64,000 nt of DNA from assembly GCA_001938485.1 (NCBI GenBank), contig MQRK01243963.1, positions 73,062-137,061 of the forward strand, given 5' to 3'. Shown in pieces: positions 35,270 to 49,397 of the stretch. The DNA is from Girardia tigrina. Lineage: Eukaryota. Under the pieces are notes generated by a model. That model did no database searches and was not told the origin of the DNA. It saw only the letters and a list, made by a program, of their open reading frames with translations. Positions within the stretch are counted from its first letter, which is position 1, and every line of letters begins with the position of its first letter. The position numbers were made by a program, and so were the translations under genes.

Positions 35270-36450
35270 CGGTTTTAAACCTGGGGGGCTGAAAAGAAAA
35301 AAGACATTCCTATGAAATGGTAGTTAATAGACCCCCCTAAAGTACGGGATCGACTTTATTTTTGAAGCAAAGAAACTACTGAAATTTTATTTAAACAATA
35401 CAATTAATAATATGCTCCAAAAGGACTTTCCTCCGAGTTGTGTGTACACAAATTTTCTTGCTATTGTTAGAAGATTCAATTTGTCTGTCCTTTCCTTGTG
35501 GCAATGTAGCAGCATGCGATTGTTAAAACGCTTTTGTGTCATTGAACTCCATAAGTACGCCTTGAGTCTTCTCGTAGCAGAATAAGAGCGTTCGAGTATT
35601 GAAGTTGTCACTGGTATCCTCAGAGAGATTATGAGAAATTTCTGAAAACAAAGACGTTCCCATTACCAATGTAACCAACATCTCAGCAATCATCCTCAAA
35701 TTTTTTACTACTTTCCTGAAAGCAAAACTGGCCTTTTCATAATTTCTCTCACAAAATCCAGCAAAAGATTCAGCAGACTTTTCAAACTCGCAGAGCTGAT
35801 ATCAGACTCATAAAATCGGAGGACAGACTTGTCTAAGGGAATATCTTCTGATCCAATCCAATTTGCGGCCGTTACAAGTATCTTTTCATTTTTGAAAGGC
35901 ATTTCTAAAGAGACTTGGGAGAGATGTCGGGTAAGTTCTTTGCAGATTTTGTCCATAGCTTCAAAATAAATGACTCTGTGATAGTCTTCTGCTGGCTTGT
36001 TACAATGAGATCCAGGTACTTATTTAAATCGTTTCGGATGACACTTTCTGCGTAGTGCACAGGGTGATGCTATAACGTAGACTGCTAAGCTGTTTGAGAA
36101 ATATGTCTTATCGAAAGGCTTGAAGTGTACTATATTGCTCATTTAACTGAGACAAAACCGAATTTCCTTTTCTTTGTTTTTGTTTCATTGCAGCTTCCAG
36201 TTTTTAAAACAATTAATCGTAAAAGCGGTTTTCAAATTGTTACTGAATGTTTCCTTCAGTCAACGTACGACAAATGTAGAAAAATACTTTTATTTTTGAA
36301 ACACACAACGATATCAACGAAAATTCCTTGTACCAATGATACTGAAAAGTTCGAAATGAACCCTTTCCACAATCTACGCAGGCGTCTTTCAATATATTTT
36401 CTGAAGTTGGTTGAAATGGCACTTTTGAGGTTCAACCATTACAGAAAAAA
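35270..36450 (-). mobile_element. Internally deleted hAT transposase
   Basis: N-terminal RTFQYHWYKEF...VFFYIC (TTF-finger-like) and dimerisation domain PVTTSILERSYSATRRLKAYLWSSMTQKRFN. Confidence 0.82.
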
Positions 36451-37269
36451 CATAAAATTCAGATGACTGTTGAATTTGTGAGGATAAAAACTCAGTGAAC
36501 AATACAAGAGCTGTGGCACCATTTACACTTAAGTATACAAATTGTTTAGTATAAATATGTGATAAAATAAACTTATTATAGTTATCATTAAGATCCAAGT
36601 AGTAAATGGAGAAAATAACAAAGTAATATAAAGGGAATTTTATTGCAAAAATCATTGTGTTGTCCTTTTTATTTGGCGTGGTAAGAAACTGCAAAAACGA
36701 ACCTTGGAATTTTGATCTGCTTGAATTGATTTATATGAGTGAAATAAGCGCAAAGCGTCCACATTTCGATACTTTAAAATACAATGAACCAGATACCAGT
36801 ATACGCATTTTAAATAAAATGTAATTTAATAAAGTATTAAATCTGAAAATCAGCATTCTACGACCGTCAATAAAAATAAAAAATAATATTAAATTTTAGA
36901 ATAAGAACTATAGAAAGTTTCCATGGTTTCTAATATGGTTTCTATTATAAACTATATCATTAAACCGATGTAAGAAACAAATATTTCTATGCAACAAGTA
37001 GAGAACAGTCTCGGACATTGGTTTATACGAAATTATCAGTAGTAGACCTATAATGCATATATTTAGGGACCACCATGTGTCTTAAAACACTCGTATTTAT
37101 TTAACTCTATAATCATTATACCATAATTTAGAAACTAACATTCTTGTGATAATAAAAAAGCCTCTTGTCTGTTTGTAGTTGGACAAAAAAGGATGTCCCA
37201 TGTATTTTTAACATAATACATTCCCCTTACATATATAGCTAGCGGGGGGCTGATGTATGCCTTTGCCCC

Positions 37270-38520
37270 TATTGTCGAAACTGGGGGTTCCGGCGCGTAT
37301 GTGTGCAGTAAATATACATAAGTAAGGATGATACATAGAACTTAACCAGACTAGAGAGTACCAGCCGGGAATAATGATAGAATCGAAAATAAGATGAAAC
37401 CATGTTTATCATGTAATAAAGGTGGGTAAATGAGTTATCAGTGCCAAAACTAAGGAAGAAGGGTATGTTATCGAAAAAATATAAAAAGATTAATGCATTT
37501 CACCTTCCCCAAGTAAGGAGACTATTATACGAATGTAAAATAATAATCTAACAATTCGTGTTTAACAATAATTGTTCATTTAGACAAAACCAATATCTCA
37601 GGTTCTTGGTCGAACGGGTAAGATGGAGAATACGTAACTGTGAATGTCGTGATTGTATTGATTGTGTACATTCGGTGAATTTTACTTCTTTAACAATCAT
37701 GTTAATAAAATTATTTGATATATCTGATAAAAATTCACGTAAATGATTTACATAAACTGAATATTTAATGTCAATCATTTTTAAGTTTAAAGTATTAACT
37801 GTATACATTCCGAATTGAAAAGGTGACACTTTTTAATGAACATTGATAATAAAAAGGTTTAAAACTCTTTAGAGAGTTAAAAGATTTATTAAAATGTCCC
37901 TCGAATTCTAGTTGAATCAGTTAAGATTAACGGTATTTTGAAACAATTACTTGGTTTTAAATCTCCTTTTCGTATTACAGTGCAACTCGCTTAACATGAC
38001 CACTACTTAAGATATTCAAAAATATCTGGAACGGACCGGATTGATAACCGTGCTTTAATTTAACGTAGATAAGAATTCTGGTTAACGTGGCCGCAGACAG
38101 AAGTATTACGGCTGATCACCATCCTCGATGCTATCATGACGATTTCCACAGTATTGAAAGTAGTCAAAGATTCGACTATCACAAACGGCTTTCATCTTCA
38201 CGTCGAAGAGCTTGCCAATGCAGATGGGGAGGACAAGATCAATGAAGCCAGTGGGTCAACATACTACGTTGGTAGCTCAAATACTTTGACTAGAATATGG
38301 TGGATGAAGACTCCGCCATCATTGTAGCAGTTTCTGCGAAATGATCTCGTTAGGAAATTGATCATGGATCAGACTCTAGCTCTAAGGAAGGAACAGCTTT
38401 GGTCAATGACTCTTATCTTCTATCAAATTTATATTCAACAGAACGCTTTTTTGACCTGCAGTCAGAGCTGATCAGTGTCCCAAAGTGCAGGAATTCATAG
38501 TGAGCATGACAGTCCGTGAT
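37270..38520 (+). mobile_element. Possible degenerate Gypsy remnants
   Basis: CLSCNKGG*MSYQC knuckle near 37400; FDYHKR..LHV RNase-H-like start near 38170. Confidence 0.35.
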
Positions 38521-38759
38521 AGACATCTTTGATTGTATTGTTTTATAATGTATGAAACTAAAAAAAACGACTGTTTTTTAATGAATTATTGTTGTATTAA
38601 TACTTTTATAACTAGGTGTAGAAACTTAATATAAATAAGTTATTTGTTAAGATTTGTTGTATAGTGAACGACGGTTAACGTGGGAATCCATTCAACACGG
38701 CCAAAAGTTTCAGAACGGATTTGGCAACCATAAGCGGTATGTACTGTATATTATAGTTA

Positions 38760-39364
38760 CATTAATTTGTATTTTAGCACAAAATGAAGTTAAGGAACAA
38801 AATTAAAAAAATAATTCAGTATTAAGGAACCAAAAAATGTGTTCCAAATTGGTTTCTTCTACATTTTGTGTCATCATCCTCTTTTTCAATGCAAGAACAA
38901 CATTATTTTGTAATTGCATGATGTAAGCCACAATTCAAAGTTTGAAGATTTGATAAATAGGTTTTCATTCATTTGTAAGTTTTTAAACAATCTACAAACG
39001 TTACACGAGTCGCAACCAACTGTTACATTGCTGGTTACTCTAGGGGTCATACATGTTCCAACTATAATGTGACACTTTTAACGAAAATTGAACATAAAAT
39101 ATATTAAAACCTTTAGTTTAAAAATGTCTCCTGAAATGTTTTTTTTCAAATCCAAGTAGGTTCGGTTTGTATTTATTTACATATTTGATTTAAAAGTGAA
39201 GAGTATTTTGGTATATTAATAATAATTTTAAAATATTACATGGTCACCAATAGGATCAATATTTAATTTTTAAATATAATTATATACTTTTCTTGTATTA
39301 GTAAAACTATTCATTAATTTTTAGAATTGTCTCAACTGACACAAAATACGGGCTAAAAGGTTAA
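38760..39364 (+). mobile_element. Possible piggyBac 3' remnant
   Basis: Ends GGGCTAAAAGG|TTAA; decayed Cys-rich tail (HTCSNYNVTL). Confidence 0.3.
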
Positions 39365-39476
39365 TTTAAAAATTAATTATTTTTTATAGCATTTGAAACT
39401 TAAATATACCAGTTACTTTTTAATATTATTACTATTATTCTTTACATTTTTTAAAGACTTCTTACAACTTCTACTA

Positions 39477-40612
39477 CTAGGTCGTCAAATATGAAATTTG
39501 TGGAACTAAAGTGAAAGTTTATTGATAATTTACCAATAGAAATATTTATGTCATTCATCAAAGTATTATCGACACGCATACCCTTTCAGCGGAAGCTTGT
39601 TCATACCGTATGAATAAAAATTTGCTGGGCGAGAATAAATAAATTCTTGGAAGGTTATTTTTACGGCATCTTCAAAGTTGAATGTTTTCCTATCAAAAAG
39701 TAGTTCAAATTGAAGAAGAAATGGTAATCCGTAAGCGCTACGCCTAGTGAATATGGAGGATAATGCAGAAGTTCCAACTCAAAATACTAAAGTTTGTCAC
39801 GGTCTTTAATGTAGTCTGTGGTTTTCCATGGTTGTGTTTTTCTTTGAGTTTCCGCGTCATATCTTCCACTTAATTGCAGTAGACATCATGAAACCAGATT
39901 TTATGAAGTTAAAATGGATTACACATGCGCAGACAACTAATCATTCAACATCACATTCTTTTGATGAATGTTGTACATTGGCCTGTGGTTTAGTGTTTCA
40001 GTCGTGTCCACGAAGCTTGCTGAACGTTTGAAAATATCATATTGGATACTCTTTTCATCACAAGTGATAATTTAATACAAAAAGTGATCACATTTATAAC
40101 GAGAAAGCATCATCAAGCAATCATCCAAACACTTTTGTTTCTGTTTTTTTGTGGAATCCTCTTATCTAACCTTTTCACTTTACCAATTTGAGTCAAGTGA
40201 TTTAATATTTTTTGCTTTGTAACAGCAAACATTAGCGATTAATTATGAGCATTTTGAGATGGATCAGTCTCCACTGTTATCTTCACGAATTTCCTGAACC
40301 ACTATGAGACTGTCTACCGCGTAGTAGCATTGTAACTGAATAGACTCTTGATGTTTTGCTTCTAATGTTGAGGTTCAATGTAGGAACTCGTACTTCATAA
40401 TAGTTAGAATTTCTATCTTTTCCATTTTGTAAAATAATGATTATTAAAACAAGTTTTCAGTAATGTTAATTAATGTTTATTGATGTGTTCAATAGTCAAG
40501 ATATGTAGCAATTAAATAAAAAAGTGGAGCAGCAAAATGTTAAGCTATTGTCAAATTATAAATATTTGAAATTATGGTAAAATGTCTAAAAATTTCATAC
40601 TTGACTATCTAA
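39477..40612 (-). mobile_element. Near full-length degenerate mariner, same family as 18604-19339
   Basis: TA-flanked TIRs CTAGGTCGTCAAATATGAAATTT / AAATTTCATACTTGACTATCTAA; TCDEK and HYPPYS motifs; 3' end aligns with 19200-19339. Confidence 0.9.
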
Positions 40613-42189
40613 TAAATAGAATAGAAACACTTATCGAATTTTATTTTTTTTGCTCTACAAAAGGATCTTCTAGATTCCTTTTGACACTATAATATGTACA
40701 AACTTTGAAAAAGAATATATAGAAAATAGATCCAAAGCAAAAGAAAACTAATTCTGTTACTTTTATATTTTTTTAAAGTTTCGATGCTTGTACACTTACA
40801 AAATAGGTAAATGTATATTTTGAAAATAAAGTAATAAAGAAATGGTACTAATTTAAGGGTCGGTCGATTTGGGTGATCTTTTACCCTTGATAGAGGTTGA
40901 GATGTTCCGATTTTTGCAGTCGCTATGACATTAAACTATCATTTTCTTCTTGTGTGAAGTTTTATTAAACATTAAATCGATATTGTAATGGGTCTTCATG
41001 GTACAATTTATTTATTTCAGTACGCGCTGTCATTTATTTAATTTTGATACATCAGTTCTATAACAGCGTTAATCTCAGATTCGTTTGTAGATCTGAAAAA
41101 CAAATAAATTGTCGAAAGCCTGTTGTAAAACAATTTATTATATTTGTCAAAGTTTTTGACAAAAATCTCTTATCTAATATCTCTTACATCATAAAAACAT
41201 AATAAAAATCATATTAATTTAAAACGTAACTTCATGAAAATATTAAGTGAATTCTGAATATTATTTAGGAGAAACATAAAAAATATCTATGCGAAATCTA
41301 TATATATATTTGAAAGTTGTCACAAAATACTTTAACTGAATTATTATTATTTTATATAATATTATAAAATGTTATATTAATGCGTGGTTGTTGATGTAGC
41401 TCGAAATTAAGTGAAAGCTACGTTTATCGTTTCTCAATGTTCGTAAATAATTTTAAAACGTGTCTAAAGTTCCAGAGGCCAGGGTGACGGGTTAATTTTA
41501 GGGAAACTGGTTCTGGAAAAATTAAAAGATATTGGCATTTAAATTATAAAGTGTATGTAATATTGTAGCAGACGATGCTCAAAAATTGTTTTTAATAAAA
41601 CTAATTTACTAAAATATCTATTTATTAAATCTTTCCAATATCCAAAGCATTATGTGTTCAGGTAAAACATCATTATATTGAAGGTTTTATCTATTTTTTT
41701 AATGTATCCTCAGAAAGGCATTTTGTTTCGTAAGGAGAAGTGAAAAGGTTTATGGGATACTTTGGGTTGTACGATTTTGTACACTTTATTAATCCTACAG
41801 AGAATGTTTGTAGCCCTTTGTGATTTTTCTGACTTGAAGGACAATTTATCTTCTTTAGAGATAAAACAATTCTTTTTACCTAAGCAAATATGAAACTCTT
41901 GGTTTTTTTAACATTGTAAGTCACCAATTATTATTAATTATTACTATATTATTTAAAAATACAAGATATTCCTGTACATTGAAAATTTAACAATATTAAT
42001 ATATGTAATTATAAAAAAACGTTTTAATGTTAATAAATAATTGAAGGAAATATTCATTGAAACTGTAATTATATTTTTTAAATATGAAATTCTAGCCACA
42101 ATTCTCAGTATAACTAAAATGAACAAAATAAAGGATCACAGAACAAAGATTTTCAGAATACATCTGTAATTAGTCTTTCAAACATTTTC

Positions 42190-42620
42190 AAATAACACAA
42201 TAACATTTTCTGTGTAATATCATCATGCTAGGTGTAGTGGAGTCAGTGTAAGAAAGTTGGGGCTTCCAAGTTGATTGCGTCGCGCAAAATGTAAAACTAA
42301 AATCCACTCACTATAATCATTTCATGCAAAAAAGAACAATATCGATGAACATCCTAGCTAACATGATTCTGGAGGAACATGATTATGATCTTATGTATCA
42401 CCCTCGCTACAGCTTAGTATTCTCTTCAAGTAAATTAAACCTTTTCCATACATATTAAGTGACACTCATTAGTCAAACACGTTGTATATTTTCTGGATCA
42501 CAAAGTTCAGACTGAATGTTTCTTTGATCAATAAACATGAGATGTCCGAATTAAATTACCTTAACTAATTGAGGCCCTCAACAGCTTTCCTAAATTGGGG
42601 ATATCGTTTTATTTAATAGT
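42190..42620 (+). mobile_element. Old mariner-like remnant
   Basis: YDLMYHPRYS...LFSS resembles HPPYSPDLAPS. Confidence 0.4.
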
Positions 42621-42854
42621 TATTAATAGATATTTTTACATTCCAAAATCGAAACAAACTGTGTAAAAAAGCTCATAAAAACCTTCTAGTTCCTCTATTG
42701 ACCAACAGAAGAGACGCTAATAAGGTACTCTGTAAACTGTTCAAGTATATTGTTTACTTCACTCTTCCTTGAACCAACTAAAAAGACAAATGGCACAAGA
42801 GAGTATTCTTATTAACAAGTTACAATTTATTTTTATTTTATATAGAGAGTAGTA

Positions 42855-43070
42855 TTAGAGTGAACCAAACGTCTTTTCGTATTTTTTATTAAAAATTTAA
42901 ACATAATTTTACAACAAATAAAAAACAGTTAAGTTTCAAAGTAAAGACCATTTGAATCTATAGCTTGAACCCCTCTATGGACAAGTTGTGCGATCCCGCT
43001 GCTGTACCAATCCTTGTTCTTAGAAGCGAAGAACTGGTGACACCCGTTTTCGACCTCGTATCGTTCACTC
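42855..43070 (-). mobile_element. Mariner 3' end with TIR
   Basis: EVENGCHQFFASKNKDWYSSGIAQLVHRGVQAIDSNGLYFET* followed by a TA-flanked terminus. Confidence 0.75.
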
Positions 43071-44239
43071 ATTGTTCAATTGAAGTACAAATAATGTTAT
43101 TCAATCTTTACAAGAAGTAGAAATGGCAAAGAATGATTTCCATATTTATGTTTTTCCGTAGGAATTTAAACTAACGAATATTTTAGTTTTTTTTCCAAAA
43201 GTTACTTCGTTTCAAAATCTGAACCCATAAATCATTTATTTACTCAAACAATATAAAGCAATGAATGTAAAGATGATTATCAATTTTAAGTCATAAATCA
43301 AAGGTAATAAAGTTCAATGTACAAAAAAATCTACAAAAGGTGTAAGTTTTTTATATAATGAAGATTGGTAACTCCTTGACGGATGGAATTCACTGATTTC
43401 TGAACCACCAAATATTTCTTAAGGATCCACAGACCCCATTATCACAAGATGATAGATCTGACGACTTGAGTGGTCATAATACAGGATCGAACATTCCTGA
43501 AATCGCATTCGAAATCATAACAGTTAGGGGGCACAGTGTTTCCAAGAATGCCGATTTTGCTTACTCTAGCATATCCCATGAAAAACAGATATTAAACAAA
43601 ACTTCGGCTTACGTGGATATAGTTATATATCTTGACACATAATTTAGTAAACTGTTATTTGTCATTTTCAATTAATAAAATACTTTTTCGTTGATAATGT
43701 TGTTTTACTAACAATGAATTCAAGAGCATCGGTATTTGGTCCCATATTCCTCTGAACGTTCTTTTTTCGAACTCTTTTGTCCATTATTTAATTACAGACT
43801 TTCAGGTGGTTCAAAATCAACCCTAACATTCAGACTTCTTTTTCATTCATAGCATGATGTAACTGGTAACGTTCAAACTATAATGCAGCTGCTATAACTC
43901 GAAACTCCATTGAATAATCACTGATATCATTCCTGATGAAAGCTGAAACAAAAATATAGCAAATTAAGACATGTTTGTATTGGTTATTAATGGATAACTA
44001 TATAATTTAATTTAAATTTCTTCATTTTGGATTATTTAATTTTTTTTAATTTTGTAATTCCAATTTATAAATTCCAATCACATCATTTACCAGTGACTGA
44101 TTTATTGTATGGTATTTTTATTTTTTACTTATATTCTTGTATATTTACTTCCATATGTTATTTCATGCTTGCGTGCATTGCATTATTGTTATTTTTATTA
44201 TTATCATTTTTTTACATAACGAAAATTTATTTATATTTA

Positions 44240-44596
44240 TTCGAGTTGGAAATTCATAAAGACAAATAAATTTCTTGCTCTTTTCCGAATTGTGCGGAAC
44301 ACGAGAAATACGCCGATAAACTTTTGATCGATTTCAAACGGAATTTCGTTGATTTAGTGAAAGAGAAATTGTTCTATGAGAATTTCAGTCACAATCTGAG
44401 AGCACTGAAACGGTACATTAAAATGTATTCTCTCAGATTCACTAAAGAAGATTATATATCTTTTATTAAACTTTTATACGGAGTACTTATTCAAAAAGAC
44501 ATCGATGTAATAACAACATTAAATGTCATAACAGAACTTAAATCCCTTTTCAGAAAATGCGGTCTTTTAATACGAGATGATTTGACAATAAATTGA
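44240..44596 (+). pseudogene. PSME4: 5' fragment of proteasome activator PA200/Blm10 (PSME4)
   Basis: RYIKMYSLRFTKEDYISFIKLLY...FRKCGLLIRDDLTIN* matches the PSME4 N-terminal motif as recalled ([22 protein letters not shown]...KKKELLSRADLELPW); TGA at the conserved W; frameshifts upstream; no further exons found. Confidence 0.8.
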
Positions 44597-45141
44597 ATAT
44601 TGATCAAGTATGAAATTTGAAAAAAATCAATACGCATTAATTAATTAGAATTAATTACCTGACGACGAAATTGAGGATTTGAGCTCTCTAACCATTTGTG
44701 CTTTCTTTGTACTCCAGCCAGTGATTTTTTTTACTGTACTAATTGACTATTATTATCCGTTACGGCTGTTTGACCGATTATTTGATTTCCAAACGGTATA
44801 AAGTTATTTGTTGTTTTTTGGAAACGTTGATATATTTTTTTGTCTGACGTTAGTTGATTACTGAATATTAAAATTTACTTAACTAGCGGTTGAGTTTTTT
44901 TTTGGTTGAACATTTGTTTTAAAAAAAATATTATTTTTTTTACCAAACAACTAAATTCATCTAAGTAGATTACTGCTTTAGGTTAATTTAGTTTATTAGA
45001 TTATATAATTAGATTATAATATTATATTATTATTCGATCTATCCCAACAGTTATTAATGGATAACTATGTACACTAAAGCAAATATAACATTGGAAACGT
45101 AGTAACTTATGGAATTTCCTGTAATATAAGATAGTTCTAGG

Positions 45142-48100
45142 AATGGCCTGATTGATGGTTGCGAGGAGGGTCATATGGCCCGGGCCCCTCATGTCGAGGG
45201 GCTCAGTAATCCAAAAACTAAAATGTTGGGCTCTACTTTGTACCCCTCAATACGCGTTTCTTAATAAACATAACGCAACGCAAATAGAAGTATTTCTTAA
45301 AATTGCGGACTTCAATATTCCTCAAAATATCTCACGAGATTCAGATAACATCAGCTTTAAATATCGGCTTCTAGAAACCATTTTCTAATGGGGAAATATT
45401 GGATAGAGATTGATTGTGCTGAAGCAAAAAAACATCTTTATTTTGTATTCCCTGATTACTTTGTACTGCAGGATGATGTACAAGAGTTCTTGGAAGTCTA
45501 TCCGGTTTGAATAATGAAATAAGTTGGAAGAAATTGAAAGACAGCATATCAAGATATGAAACTTCAATGAAACATAAAGAGAATTATGTTACTTGGAAGT
45601 CGTGAATTGAATTTGCAACATCAAACTCTTCCTAAGATCTTGACTTTTACAAGACATAATAAACGAAACTAGTAATTCGAAAAACGTTTTACAACGAATT
45701 ATGAATATCATAATTTTTTAAGTGAACATAAGTTCTTCTCCCATAAGTTCTACAGAACATACAATGACAATGGAAATTTTCTTGGAATTAGAGAAATACT
45801 AAGTAAGTATGAGCCAATTTTACACGACTAAGTGAAAAGAGTTTGCAAATCACTGGGAAAACCCGAAGCGTCTGCAAGTTCGTTATTCGTCTTCATTTAC
45901 TCAAAATGAATTTATTGAAATTTGTAAATCCTTTGTCCAAAAAAATACTAGAAGAAATCCAGAATTACAAATATTTTTCTATCATTATTGATACACTCCA
46001 GATTGTTCACACAATGAGCAAACCAGTCTCTTAATTCGATATTTGAAATTATTGGATAATACAAACTTTTCGGTTAAAAAACGATTCATCATGTTTGATT
46101 CTTTTACGCAAAAGAAAGGAACTGGAATTGCATTACGGATTCTGGAACTCATAAAAACATTTGAACTTAATTTCTATTTTTGTATTAGACAAGGATACGA
46201 TAATGGTGCAAACATGGCAGTACAGGATAATGGTGTACAAGCGGTTTTACTTCGACAATCCTAATTCTATTTTTTCAAGCTGCCGGAATCATACCTTGAA
46301 TATAATAAGGGTTGATAGTGTAGAACTATGTAAGGAAATAGTATTATACTTTAGAAGAATTAAACAAATGTACAATTTCTTTAAAAGTAACCCACAAAGA
46401 TGAGAAAATTAAAAAAAAGTTGTTGGATATTCACATCATTCGTTATCGAAAATAAGATGTTCAGTTACAAAAAAATTGTCAGGAAACTTACCGCTGTAGA
46501 CTGAGCTGAAATACTTAATCCTCAACTTCTTACACGTTGTGAATTCCAGTCTATTAAGCATTATTTAGATACGTTTAAATGTGTTCTTTTGTCAACGATT
46601 TGGCTTGAAATTTTGAACTTATTGCAACGAACAAATGCATTAATAAAGTCTGTAAATACGACTTAAAACTTCGAGATGAAAAACATAGATATCATTATTA
46701 AACAACTTCAAGATTTTATAGAGGATAATATAATAAAATATTTGTAAATGTAACAGATGTTGCATGAAATGTCAAAAAATATGAAAATTAAATTTTTCAT
46801 GAACTAATTGGTGAACTTTTTTGAAAATATACAGAAAAATGTTTACTATAGATCTAACTTCAGAAGATTTACTAAAAAAGATATTGGATTGCAATTTACT
46901 TTAGTTGTTTTCTAATATAAGGTTGATACAAAAGAAATGTCGTTTTTTAACCGTCAACTTTAAATGAACATAACTTTCTTTAGAATTAACTTTATTAGTC
47001 AAACTAACAACCATTACATTGAACACATTGTTGCCAACGGGTTACAAGTTTTTGTATTCCAGTTTCATAAAATTCGGGAGTTCTGGAGGCGATGAAGTCG
47101 TCCAAGGCTCTTTCAGCATCTCCTTGGTTTCTGAAGCATTTTTCGCTAAGGAGTTGGCTGAAATGTTTAAAAAGGTGATAGTCTGTAGGAGAAAGGTCTG
47201 GTGAGTACAGTGGAGGAGGCAAAGTTTCATATCCCAGTTCGTTTAACTTCAGCATGGTCTTTCTTGCAACATGTGGACGAGCGTTGTCATGCAGAAGAAT
47301 TGGCCCATTCCTATTGAGTAATGTCGGCCGTTTTTTTTGTAGTTCTTGGTGCATTTTGTCAATTTGCTGACAATCCTTTTTTGCTGTAATTGTTTCGCTT
47401 GTAATGGATTAAACCGTGTGCGGACCACCAAACAGTTACCATGACTTCTTTGGTGTAATTTTGACTTCGGGAAAGGCTTTGGAGCCTCATTGAAATCCAA
47501 CCACTGAGCTGAACGTCGCGGGTTGTCGCATATGATCCATTTTTCATCGCAAGTTACAATTCGATACAGAAACGGGTCGCTTTGATTACGCAAAAGCAGA
47601 GAAAAACACACGTTAAAACGACGATTTTTTTGATTTTCGTTTAATTCATGCGGCAACCATTTGTCCAGCTTTTCACTTTCCTGATTTTCTTCAACTGTTG
47701 ATTGATCGTCAACTTGTGATGGTCGACTACCATGTTCTTCATCTTCAAGGCTCTCCTTCAAGTTGCCACTACGAAGCTTAGAAAACTAACATTGTACTGT
47801 TCATAAGTGGTATGTATTCCAAATACATTGTTAATATTCCGAGCGTTTCTGTCACTTTTCGTCCTAGTTTGAAATCGTAGAATAAAATTGTTCTCATTTC
47901 CTTCTTTTCTAACATTTCTAAAATAAAATAAATACACCTTAAATTAACAACAATAATGTCATACTTGGTATCAAAATATAGAGTAAAGCTTAATCATTAA
48001 AGTAAATTTAAATATGAATCTATTTATTAATGATTTTCTAAATATTTCAAACAATGAATATTAAATACACTAAAAACGACATTTCGTTTGCATCAACCTT

Positions 48101-48549
48101 ATATATCGATCATTCTTAAAATATTTTTGACTTTACCAGCTTCTGTTACTTCTCCGTAAAGATGCTGTAGTGTCATGAATTGAATTAAAAATTATAATAG
48201 CTCGGTAATGGAGCAAGAAAGATGGAATGGTTTGTCATTTCTGAACATCAATTCTGATTTTGCATAGAACTTAGATTTTTTAACTTTTATTAAAGAATTT
48301 TCTGGAAGTAAAGCATCCAAAGCGGCTTTAAAATAATTTATATTATACATATATATTTATATCTTAATTTGTTACTTTATTTTGAATTTCACAATGAATT
48401 AAATAATTGTAATGTTTTTGAAAATAATTTTTTAATACGAATATTATTTTAATGAAGTTTTATTATTATGTCGTTAACATTATAATTTATGGGTGCTTTA
48501 AATTCATATAAAAAGATTTATATACCCCATCTATCCCTCTCAGGCCTTG
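45142..48549 (+). mobile_element. Degenerate hAT transposon interrupted by a mariner
   Basis: DNGNFLG, YFSIIIDT, QGYDNGANMA, NHTLN motifs; removing the mariner restores LFSNISIILKIFLTLPAS; termini share GGCCTGA; 6/8 TSD GTTCTAGG/GTTATAAG. Confidence 0.85.
46918..48101 (-). mobile_element. Mariner element, 1184 bp, frameshifted transposase
   Basis: TA TSD; TIRs TAAGGTTGATACAAAAGAAATGTCGTTTTT / AAAAACGACATTTCGTTTGCATCAACCTTA; WLPHEL, TCDEKW, HDNARPH, YSPDLSPTDY. Confidence 0.96.
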
Positions 48550-49397
48550 GTTATAAGAATCCTTCTTTGTTTTTTGGGACCTCACAGTTTTATAGTAACA
48601 ATAATAATTTTTATGGCAAAATATATTTATAATAATCGTAAAAAGTAGAAATAAAATCAAAAAATTAAGAAACATAACTCAACGTTACATATCAATCATA
48701 AAATAATATTTTACAGAAGCAAAGTAAATCGGAAAATCCTAATAATTTCCTATGGAGATTTCCGAGCAAAAATTATTTAAATCATCAAATAATTACAAAA
48801 ATTATGTATTAATATAGAATGAATTTAATTCAAAGAATATTTAATGTCAAAAAATATCAATTTTTCTTCATCGAAAGTAGAAAATGAGTGTTGTTTTTTC
48901 AAGAACAAAAAAAGAAGAAAATGAAAATTTTCCCATTTTTATTTCTTGTGTCATTAAAGAGAAATAATATTTTGTTTATGTTGATTTTTTTATCAAAACA
49001 ACAAAATGTGAGCCGATTGAAAAATGATATTAATAATTATATCAATCAGACAAATGTTTGCTGACAAAGGGGATGTGAAGAATGATCTTCGAGACGATCC
49101 AGGAAGTACAGATCAGTTATGAAGATCAAATAAATGGTTGCCCATCATCCGTCAAATAATATGATTAATATTTTATTGAAAAAATCGTAATTTTCTGGTT
49201 TATTCTAATTTATGAACTTGTCAAGTTCTGAAGAAACAAAAATAACAAAAATCAAAATTAAAATTTTCTTTCATAAAAAAAGAAATAATTAAAAAATCAA
49301 TTTTCCAAATTAACGATTAAACAAGATATTTTAATTAATTTCTTTTTAAAAAAAACAATAAATTAAAATCCAATTTATTTAATTTTTATTTTTAATA

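Noticed and set aside
43930-44675. CTGATGA/CTGACGA...GAAA near 43933 and 44659 (also 22839, 59757) as hammerheads
   Set aside because: No stem II pairing
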